DNA of 64,000 nucleotides from Actinomycetota bacterium (GTDB lineage: Bacteria; Actinomycetota; Actinomycetes; Actinomycetales; Microbacteriaceae). Location: positions 65,802 to 129,801 of the forward strand of contig JBJOJJ010000001.1 in the NCBI GenBank assembly GCA_046046695.1, written 5' to 3'. The notes below the pieces were generated by a model. The model saw nothing but the letters and a program-made list of their open reading frames with translations, had not been told where the DNA came from and did not search any database. The position numbers and the translations under genes were made by a program. Shown piece by piece: positions 30,997 through 38,891 of this stretch (its first letter is position 1; every line of letters starts with the position of its first letter).

Positions 30997-31641
30997 ATGG
31001 AAAAGGTAAAAGTAGCGATTGTTGATGACCACGAGGCGGTCCGACTTGGGTTTGCTGGCACCTGCAAGGACCATGGTTTTGAGCTGGTCGCATCTGCTGC
31101 GACAGTAGACGAATTGCTCTCTGAAATTTCAGACCAAGACTGTGCGGTAGTGGTGGCAGATTTGTCCTTGGCCGATGGCTCATTGGTGCAAGACAACATC
31201 GAGCGTTTGGTTGAATCTGGACCTGCCGTGTTGATCTACAGCATTGCCGACAAGCCACCGCTGATGCGCACCGCTCTGCGGGCAGGCGCAACCGCGATTG
31301 TCTCTAAATCCCGCCCGATGGCAACCCTGGTTGAAGCGATCTCACTCGCGGCTCAAGGCATCATCATCAACAATGCCGAAACCAGCGCTCTGATCGATGC
31401 CGATAGACCATTCAAAGAAGTCAAACTTTCAGATCGCGAACGCGAGGTGCTATCGCTATACGCCTCGGGCATGAGCCTGAAGCAGGTTGCGTATCAACTC
31501 CAGATCAAACCATCCAGTGCCAAAGAGCACATCGACCGGGTCCGCGTGAAATACGCGAAACTAGGTCGCGAGGCGGCCACCAAGGTCGATCTGTTCCGCA
31601 GAGCTGTCGAGGATGGCATCTTGCAAGGAGAGTTGCTTTAG
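30997..31641 (+). CDS. NarL/LuxR family response regulator
   Basis: Receiver domain VDDH...ADLSL...SK; C-terminal HTH LSDREREVL...GMS. Confidence 0.93.
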   Translation: MEKVKVAIVDDHEAVRLGFAGTCKDHGFELVASAATVDELLSEISDQDCAVVVADLSLADGSLVQDNIERLVESGPAVLIYSIADKPPLMRTALRAGATAIVSKSRPMATLVEAISLAAQGIIINNAETSALIDADRPFKEVKLSDREREVLSLYASGMSLKQVAYQLQIKPSSAKEHIDRVRVKYAKLGREAATKVDLFRRAVEDGILQGELL

Positions 31642-32814
31642 GTGTCAAAGCCAAAGCTTGCTTCGGCGGCCAGCGTTCGACTGGAAACCATGTTCAGCCG
31701 AATTTACTCATCGGTTTTGGCGGTGCTTCACGTCGAGGTAATCCTGAACATTGTGTTCCAGGCGCAATACCTGGGTTTCGGTAAGGCCTGGGTTGCCACT
31801 TACGTCACAATTCCAATCGTAGGAATGGTGATTCGCTCTTGGCGCCGGGGCACCTTGGGGTGGTGGCCCTATGTCCACGGCGTAACCGTGCTTGTGGCAA
31901 TGTTGCGTTGGCCATGGTTAGTGGTTGACCCCTCAGCCTTACCGGAGGATTTCCAGGCCTGGGTTTGGTGGCTGGTCGGGACAGCCACCATCTCGATGGG
32001 GGTAGTAAACCCGCGCTGGCTGGGTTGGGTCTACCTGGTGGTGGCCTCGGTTAGCTGGTACTGGCTCGACACCTCAATTTACGGTGGCTCTGGCGAGTGG
32101 ACTGTCGCGCTGCAGGACTCGGTCTACGTCTTTTTGCTCGGCGGCGCTGTTTCGTCGCTGGTTCGCCTCACCCGAGAAGGTGCAAGGCGAGCAGACGAGG
32201 CGAACTCGATAGCGATTGCGCGGGCGGTCGAACAGGCTCAGACCGATGCCGCCGAGAGGGAGCGTCAGCGCATCGATGCCCTGGTCCACGACCGGGTGCT
32301 GAACACTCTGCTGGTCGCGGCCAAGGCCAAATCCCCATCTGAGTATCAGGCCGCTGCGATCGCGGCAGCTCAGGCGGTTGCCAGTCTCGAATCCGCAGCG
32401 AGCGAGCAGGAAGCTGCATCCGGGGTTACCACCCTGGGCCTATACCGCTCCCTGCGCAAGGCCGCGCTTCGAGCATCAAGTGAGATCTCAGTGGAGATTG
32501 TCTCAGCCGGCCTGGAAGAGATTCCGGCAGAAATTGCCCAAAGCGTGACAGAGGCCACACTTCAAGCCATCGACAATTCACTTAGGCATTCCGGGTCAGC
32601 CAATATTCGGTTGGTTCTTGGACACCCGGAAACAGCTGGATTATTTGTCCAGGTCAGCGATGACGGTAAGGGCTTTAATCCAGAACGATTGGCAAAAGAT
32701 CGGTTGGGAATTCGCACTTCCATCCAAGCTCGGATGCACTCGGTCGGCGGATCAGCAAAGATCTTTAGTGAGGTTGGAGTCGGGACCACTGTCGAATTGC
32801 GGTGGTCAAGGTGA
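31642..32814 (+). CDS. Membrane sensor histidine kinase (HisKA_3/NarX-DesK type)
   Basis: About 5 TM segments; H-box ERQRIDALVHDRVLNTL; N-box NSLRHS; DDGKGF; GVGTTV. Confidence 0.88.
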   Translation: MSKPKLASAASVRLETMFSRIYSSVLAVLHVEVILNIVFQAQYLGFGKAWVATYVTIPIVGMVIRSWRRGTLGWWPYVHGVTVLVAMLRWPWLVVDPSALPEDFQAWVWWLVGTATISMGVVNPRWLGWVYLVVASVSWYWLDTSIYGGSGEWTVALQDSVYVFLLGGAVSSLVRLTREGARRADEANSIAIARAVEQAQTDAAERERQRIDALVHDRVLNTLLVAAKAKSPSEYQAAAIAAAQAVASLESAASEQEAASGVTTLGLYRSLRKAALRASSEISVEIVSAGLEEIPAEIAQSVTEATLQAIDNSLRHSGSANIRLVLGHPETAGLFVQVSDDGKGFNPERLAKDRLGIRTSIQARMHSVGGSAKIFSEVGVGTTVELRWSR

Positions 32815-33776
32815 TCAAACTTTCACGCTCCGCCATCACCGTTTTCACTCTGGCATTCGGCCTGTACCACGCCATTTTGGGCGCGGTGAATTTTGATCAT
32901 TACGGCAATCCAGAGTTTGTTGTTTTGGCAATCGCGCTTTACTTAGCCGCCTTGGTTATCTCGATCTCAGACAGTCCGGGTCTGAAGCTCAAGGACTATA
33001 AGGCGGCCTTCAGCCTGGTTGCCGCCATGCTGATTTCGCTTTTTATGGCGGGATCGGTTTCGGCAAACCACGCCGATGGCCACTCGACCTGGCATGTTGC
33101 CGGAATCGCCACACTGATGGCCATCATTGCGCTGCGGCAGCACAAGGTGATGGCTTGGACCGGTTTGGTCGTAATGATCCTCGAAGTTTTGATTTGGGGA
33201 GGCATAGATCAACTTTTCAGAGCAGGAATTTTTGGTGCCGTGATGTTGGTGGCCGCTGCCCACGCCTCAGCCATTACCTTGGCTTCCACTGCGAAAGCTG
33301 CCTTGGATTTCCGCGAGCAAGCGCTGGCAACCGCCGCCGCCACTGCGGCCAAGTCAGCCGCCAGGACAGAGCGCAAAATTAGAGTCGAAAAAGCTTTGAG
33401 TGATGCGCTGCCTTTTCTCAACAAAATCGAGCGCCTAAATGGCCAGCTAACCGAGGCCGATAGAGCAAAGGCGCTCGAGCTCGAGGCGATGCTGCGCGAT
33501 CAGATTCGCGGCCGAAACTTTGACCTACCAGAATTACTTCAAGAGATTTCCCTGGCTCGCTCTCGAGGCGTTGAGGTCCAGGTCCTAGATGATGGCGGCC
33601 TAGAGCAACTCAGTGAACCTAAGCGCCGCGAGCTGTTGAGCGAGGTTGCTAAGCACGTCGCAAAGGTTCAATCCGGGAAGTTAGTCCTGCGCTCGGTCGC
33701 CGATGAGGACTGGGTGGTCACAATCGCGGCATCAACACCAGGTGCTCCAGCACCCGATTTGTTCATCAGAATTTAA
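32811..33776 (+). CDS. Membrane protein resembling a degenerate sensor kinase
   Basis: About 5 TM segments, coiled coil and a residual LDDGG; no H-box His and no N-box; GTGA overlap with the kinase. Confidence 0.75.
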   Translation: MIKLSRSAITVFTLAFGLYHAILGAVNFDHYGNPEFVVLAIALYLAALVISISDSPGLKLKDYKAAFSLVAAMLISLFMAGSVSANHADGHSTWHVAGIATLMAIIALRQHKVMAWTGLVVMILEVLIWGGIDQLFRAGIFGAVMLVAAAHASAITLASTAKAALDFREQALATAAATAAKSAARTERKIRVEKALSDALPFLNKIERLNGQLTEADRAKALELEAMLRDQIRGRNFDLPELLQEISLARSRGVEVQVLDDGGLEQLSEPKRRELLSEVAKHVAKVQSGKLVLRSVADEDWVVTIAASTPGAPAPDLFIRI

Positions 33777-33812
33777 AAAATGATGGGCGGATCCGAGGAT
33801 CTCGCCCATTCA
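33775..33812 (-). terminator. Intrinsic terminator (minus strand, possibly bidirectional)
   Basis: Minus strand ATGGGCGAGATC-CTCG-GATCCGCCCAT then CATTTTTT; lies between convergent genes. Confidence 0.75.
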
Positions 33813-33943
33813 CTTCCCCTGTGCTCTGCACAATCCCTGAGCACCCTTTTGTTGCCAAAACAGAGACATCTTCATTTCAGCGAATCCTGAATGTTCCTGC
33901 AGCGGAAGTAACTCGAATGTTACTAACCATTTTGGGGGACAAA

Positions 33944-34171
33944 CTATAGGCCTGGCCTGGAGGACGAGTGCCAGTTAGAAGAGAGTTCACCGCGCAAAAT
34001 ACCTTGGTTTCGATGCCAAGAGGAGCCTGGCTTCCTAATCGCGATGCGCCCCAGGCGGCGGGATTCGATGATGGCCGCGGTCACCACTGCGAGCGCCGCA
34101 GCCTGCTCCTCGGCGTCACCGCCCTTGACTGTTAGTAGCTGTTGGATCTCAGCTTCGGAATACTGCTTCAT
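33944..34171 (-). CDS. Acyl-CoA carboxylase epsilon subunit
   Basis: 75 aa; VKG..AEEQAAALAVV and a C-terminal W..R; coupled to the carboxyltransferase gene. Confidence 0.75.
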   Translation of the reverse strand: MKQYSEAEIQQLLTVKGGDAEEQAAALAVVTAAIIESRRLGRIAIRKPGSSWHRNQGILRGELSSNWHSSSRPGL

Positions 34172-35760
34172 TAGAGCGGGATGTTTCCGTGCTTCTTAGG
34201 CGGCAGGCTCGCCCGCTTGGTCTTCAAAGCCCTCAACGAGCGAATCACTGCGGTTCGGGTAGCGGCCGGTTCGATGATGCCATCAAGCTCACCGCGCTCT
34301 GCCGCTAGGAACGGACTTGCGACGTTGTAGGTGTACTCCTTGGCCAGCTGGTCACGGACCTTGGCGATGTCCAGACCCTTTTCTTCTGCCTCGCGAATCT
34401 TGTCGCGGAACAGGATGTTGACCGCTCCCTGACCACCCATAACGGCAATCTCAGCGGTTGGCCAGGCTAGGTTGATATCTGCACCGAGCTGCTTCGAGCC
34501 CATCACGATGTACGCGCCGCCGTAAGCCTTACGGGTGATTACGGTTACAAGCGGAACGGTGGCTTCGGCGTAGGCGTAAAGCAACTTAGCGCCACGGCGG
34601 ATTACTCCCGCCCATTCTTGATCGGTGCCTGGTAGGTAACCGGGGACATCGACCAAAGTCAAAATCGGGATTGAGAAAGCGTCGCAGAAGCGCACAAATC
34701 GAGCGGCCTTTTCACCCGCATCGATGTTTAGCGTTCCCGCCATCTGCTGCGGCTGGTTGGCAACAATTCCGACGCTGGAACCGTCAACGCGCGCAAAGCC
34801 AATCAAGATATTCGGTGCGAATAGCGGCTGAACCTCTAGGAATTCACCCTCGTCAACCAAGGCCTCGATGATGGCGTGCATGTCATATGGCTGGTTAGGG
34901 GAGTCCGGAATGATGGTGTTTAGCTTTAGGTCTGCCTCAGTGATTTCGAGCTCAGTCTCGGACTGGTAGGTAACGGTCTCCGAGAGGTTGTTCTCTGGCA
35001 AAAAGCCCACCAAAGACTTCACATAGTCGATGGCATCAGCCTCATCATCGGCCAGGTAGTGGGCCACACCGGAAGTCTCGTTGTGGGCACGAGCACCACC
35101 GAGTTCCTCCATGCCAACATCTTCACCGGTAACGGTCTTGATTACATCCGGACCAGTTACGAACATGTTCGAGGTCTTGTCCACCATGATCACAAAGTCG
35201 GTTAGCGCAGGGGAGTAAACCGCACCGCCGGCAGCCGGTCCCATGATGATGGAAATCTGAGGGATGACACCCGAAGCCATCGTGTTTAGTTTGAAGATTT
35301 CGCCGTATTTTCCAAGCGCGATAACGCCCTCTTGAATTCGAGCACCACCGGAGTCGAGCATGCCAATCAGCGGAACACCGGTCTTGATTGCCAGCTCCAT
35401 GATCTTGATGATCTTGTTTCCTGCGGTCTCACCCAATGAGCCACCAAATACTGTGAAGTCCTGGGAGTAAACCGCAACCTGGCGGCCGTGAATGGTGCCG
35501 ACACCGGTTACCACCGAGTCACCGTAGGGGCGTTTGGCATCCATGCCAAAGGCTGTCGAACGGTGGCGCACATATTCGTCCACCTCAACAAAACTGCCGG
35601 CATCGAGCAGCATCTCGATGCGCTCGCGGGCGGTGTTTTTGCCCTTGGCGTGCTGCTTTTCTTTGGCGTTGTCTCCAGCACTGACCACTGCCTCGTGGTA
35701 ACGAGCCTTTAGATCGGCAAGCTTGCCAGCGGTGGTGGAAAGGTCAGGGGTGTTGGACAC
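34171..35760 (-). CDS. pccB: Acyl-CoA carboxylase carboxyltransferase (beta) subunit
   Basis: [40 protein letters not shown]. Confidence 0.95.
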   Translation of the reverse strand: MSNTPDLSTTAGKLADLKARYHEAVVSAGDNAKEKQHAKGKNTARERIEMLLDAGSFVEVDEYVRHRSTAFGMDAKRPYGDSVVTGVGTIHGRQVAVYSQDFTVFGGSLGETAGNKIIKIMELAIKTGVPLIGMLDSGGARIQEGVIALGKYGEIFKLNTMASGVIPQISIIMGPAAGGAVYSPALTDFVIMVDKTSNMFVTGPDVIKTVTGEDVGMEELGGARAHNETSGVAHYLADDEADAIDYVKSLVGFLPENNLSETVTYQSETELEITEADLKLNTIIPDSPNQPYDMHAIIEALVDEGEFLEVQPLFAPNILIGFARVDGSSVGIVANQPQQMAGTLNIDAGEKAARFVRFCDAFSIPILTLVDVPGYLPGTDQEWAGVIRRGAKLLYAYAEATVPLVTVITRKAYGGAYIVMGSKQLGADINLAWPTAEIAVMGGQGAVNILFRDKIREAEEKGLDIAKVRDQLAKEYTYNVASPFLAAERGELDGIIEPAATRTAVIRSLRALKTKRASLPPKKHGNIPL

Positions 35761-35887
35761 AAAATCTCCTTAGATGCTTGCCTACTTTATCCAGCTTCTA
35801 GGCAGTACAACTTGAACAATACCTACAAGCAAATTCTAAATTCATCGTAGATACCTACAAGTTTGCTGGTTGCGATACGGTTTTGGT

Positions 35888-36631
35888 GTGTCCCTATCTC
35901 AAACTGCCGGCGTGGTGAACGAACTGATCGCTTTAGATTCAGTCGATTCCACCAATCTCGAACTTGCCCGCCGCATCGCTAGCGGTGAACTACCAAATTT
36001 CTCACTGGTGGTTTCACGCGAGCAAACCGCAGGGATGGGGCGACTAGGTCGCTCTTGGGTTTCAGAACCAGGCACCAGCATTTCGGCATCGCTCTACTTA
36101 AAATCCCAGCACACTCAAGAACTTGGCTGGGCGACCTTGATCATGGCCAGCGCAATTCGTTCCGCAATTGCGGAAATCGTCGAGGCAGAGGTATTGGTCA
36201 AGTGGCCAAATGACGTTTTGGTAGCGGGTAAAAAGATCAGCGGCATTCTGGCTCAGATTCAGCCCGATGGGTCTTTGATCTTGGGCTTTGGCATCAACCT
36301 CAAAGCCCAAGCTGGCGCTCCTGAAACCGCAACCGCCCTTGACCTTCATGGCGTCTCAGCTGACTTTGATTCGGTGCTCTACGCGGTGGTGCGAAACTTC
36401 CGAATTCGCTGGTCGATATTTGAGCAAGATCCAAAGCTGGCAATCATCAAGGCGCGTGGCGAGTTGCTCGAACACTCCGCCACGATTGGCAAGTCAGTTC
36501 GAGCCGAGCTGCCAGGCGGTGGAGAAGTTTTTGGTATCGCTAAGGACATCGATTCTGATGGCCGATTGGTGATTCACACCCCAGAACCTGTCGTGGTGTC
36601 AGCGGCCGATGTCTGGCATCTGCGAAACTAG
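35888..36631 (+). CDS. birA: Biotin--[acetyl-CoA-carboxylase] ligase (no HTH)
   Basis: DSTN, QTAGMGRLGRSW, KWPNDV, KISGIL, GIN; divergent from pccB. Confidence 0.94.
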   Translation: MSLSQTAGVVNELIALDSVDSTNLELARRIASGELPNFSLVVSREQTAGMGRLGRSWVSEPGTSISASLYLKSQHTQELGWATLIMASAIRSAIAEIVEAEVLVKWPNDVLVAGKKISGILAQIQPDGSLILGFGINLKAQAGAPETATALDLHGVSADFDSVLYAVVRNFRIRWSIFEQDPKLAIIKARGELLEHSATIGKSVRAELPGGGEVFGIAKDIDSDGRLVIHTPEPVVVSAADVWHLRN

Positions 36632-36651
36632 ACAGGGAAAAGAGGTCGAGC

Positions 36652-37776
36652 ATGCCAGTTGTTGGAGTAATCGGTGCTGGTCAACTTGCTCGAATGATGC
36701 AGCCGGCTGCCATTGCGCTGGGAATCGGCATCAAGGTTTTTGGGGAGTCAGCGGGCTCATCCGCCCATCAGGCGGTGACCAAGGTTGGCGATTACAACGA
36801 CTTTGAACAACTACTGGATTTTGCCAAGACCGTCGATGTTATTACCTTCGATCATGAGCACGTTCCAACCGCGATCTTGGAGCGATTGACCGCCGAGGGA
36901 TACGCGGTTCGTCCAGGACCAAACGCTCTAAAGCACGCTCAGAACAAGCTCACCATGAGGCGCAAGCTGACCGAACTTGGATTACCTCAGCCAATCTGGC
37001 AGGCAGCCCACAGCGAGGCAGAGGTTACAGATTTCTTAGCGTTACACGGACCGAAAATTGTGGTCAAAACGCCAATCGGTGGTTATGACGGCAAGGGCGT
37101 CAGGGTTATCGCAGCGGTGTCGGAGATCAGCGACTGGCTTGCCAATATCGATGCGTTTGGCGGCGAGCTATTGCTTGAGGAGAAGGTCGATTTTGTTGGC
37201 GAATTAGCTCAGCTTTCGGCGAGAAGGCCAAGCGGAGAATTCAAGGCCTGGCCGCTGGTCGCGACGACTCAAGAGGCTGGGGTCTGCTCCGAAGTTGTTG
37301 CCCCGGCACCAGATCTAGATCACCACGCCAATGCCGAGCAGATTGCGCGTTCCATCGCCGAAGGCTTAGGCGTAGTTGGCGTGATGGCGGTTGAGCTATT
37401 TCAGGCGCGCAGCGGTGAGATTTTGGTTAATGAGTTGGCTATGCGACCTCACAACTCTGGTCACTTTTCAATTGACGCATCCATCACCTCGCAATTTGAG
37501 CAGCACCTAAGAGCGGTTTTGGACCTCCCGCTCGGAGACGCCAGTGGCACCTCGAAGTTTGCGGTGATGATCAACCTGCTGGGGGTGGACTCCGAAAATG
37601 ACTTCGTCAGCCAGTATCCAAAGGCGATGGCGCAGTATCCGCAAGTCAAGTTCCACCTTTACGAAAAGGCACCGCGTCAAGGGCGCAAGATGGGTCACCT
37701 AACCTTGCAAGGCGATGACCTTGACGCACTTCTGGTTGCTGGCCGAGCCTGCCGAGAATTGCTTTACAACCGCTAA
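36652..37776 (+). CDS. purK: N5-CAIR synthetase
   Basis: GAGQLARM, GYDGKG, NELAMRPHNSGH, RKMGH. Confidence 0.96.
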   Translation: MPVVGVIGAGQLARMMQPAAIALGIGIKVFGESAGSSAHQAVTKVGDYNDFEQLLDFAKTVDVITFDHEHVPTAILERLTAEGYAVRPGPNALKHAQNKLTMRRKLTELGLPQPIWQAAHSEAEVTDFLALHGPKIVVKTPIGGYDGKGVRVIAAVSEISDWLANIDAFGGELLLEEKVDFVGELAQLSARRPSGEFKAWPLVATTQEAGVCSEVVAPAPDLDHHANAEQIARSIAEGLGVVGVMAVELFQARSGEILVNELAMRPHNSGHFSIDASITSQFEQHLRAVLDLPLGDASGTSKFAVMINLLGVDSENDFVSQYPKAMAQYPQVKFHLYEKAPRQGRKMGHLTLQGDDLDALLVAGRACRELLYNR

Positions 37777-37796
37777 ATTGACCTTGGGAGGTTGAG

Positions 37797-38285
37797 ATGA
37801 AAACTGTCGCAATAGTTATGGGTTCTGACTCTGACTGGAGAGTGCTGCAGGATGCTGCTACCACCCTCAAGGAATTTGGCATCGAGCACGAAGTCGAGGT
37901 GCTCAGCGCGCACCGCACCCCTGAGCGCATGATCGAGTGGGGTAAGTCGGCTGCCGACCGCGGCATCAAGGTGGTCATCGCCGGTGCTGGCGGAGCCGCC
38001 CACCTCCCGGGCATGCTCGCGTCTGTGACCTCGTTGCCAGTCATCGGAGTTCCAGTGGCTTTGGGCAAGTTGGACGGCATGGACTCTTTGCTCTCGATTG
38101 TCCAAATGCCCGCTGGTGTGCCAGTTGCTACTGTCTCGATCGATGGTGCTAAGAACGCTGCGCTATTGGCGGTACGAATTTTGGGTGCCAGCGATGCGTC
38201 CCTTAGAACCCAGCTAGATGCCCACCGTGCGGATCTCGCCAGCACAGTCGCCGTCAAAAACGACAACCTGAAAAACAGCCTCTAA
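37797..38285 (+). CDS. purE: N5-CAIR mutase
   Basis: [31 protein letters not shown]. Confidence 0.97.
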   Translation: MKTVAIVMGSDSDWRVLQDAATTLKEFGIEHEVEVLSAHRTPERMIEWGKSAADRGIKVVIAGAGGAAHLPGMLASVTSLPVIGVPVALGKLDGMDSLLSIVQMPAGVPVATVSIDGAKNAALLAVRILGASDASLRTQLDAHRADLASTVAVKNDNLKNSL

Positions 38286-38369
38286 CCCCAGCAATTTAGC
38301 CAAAACCGCTTGTTGCTCAGGGTTTTCTAAGCCAAGCAACTTAGGGTTGGTTTCGGTTGGAGGTGAGGC

Positions 38370-38891
38370 ATGCGAAATTTCTTGAAGTCCTTGGCAGTGT
38401 CGTCACTGCTGATAACCCTCACCGGCTGCAGCGTCTTCTACCCAAACTGGGGAGCGACTTCACTGCCGGAGCCGGTAACCGAATCCGAAAGTGTAGCGCC
38501 GGAAGAAACTGCGACCGAAGAAACCGCAACTGCTGAGGCCAGCCCTGAAGAAACTGCCACTCCTGAGGAAACTAAAGAGCCAATCGTTCGCAAAGAAGTG
38601 ACGGTTGAGATCATCATGGCGGTTCCAGAACCTGGAGCCGGAGTCTTCACCGTGGTGGCTCAGATTCCAGAGCTAACCGAGTCTGGCGGCAAGTGCATCT
38701 TCAAGTACCTTGGCAACGGCGTAACCCGCACCAAGGAAGTCAAGGCCGAGCCAAGCAGTGAATATACCCAGTGCTTCCCAATCGAATTCCCACTGAAGGA
38801 TCTACCTTCTGGCAACGGGGTGGTGACCGTTAGCTATGAATCCGAGGGACACTTTGGGACTTCCGCCCCAACCTCGGTGGTGATTGGCTAA
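38370..38891 (+). CDS. Hypothetical lipoprotein (acidic linker + small beta domain with 2 Cys)
   Basis: GGAGG SD; LTGC lipobox; EETAT repeats; coupled to the next gene. Confidence 0.8.
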   Translation: MRNFLKSLAVSSLLITLTGCSVFYPNWGATSLPEPVTESESVAPEETATEETATAEASPEETATPEETKEPIVRKEVTVEIIMAVPEPGAGVFTVVAQIPELTESGGKCIFKYLGNGVTRTKEVKAEPSSEYTQCFPIEFPLKDLPSGNGVVTVSYESEGHFGTSAPTSVVIG

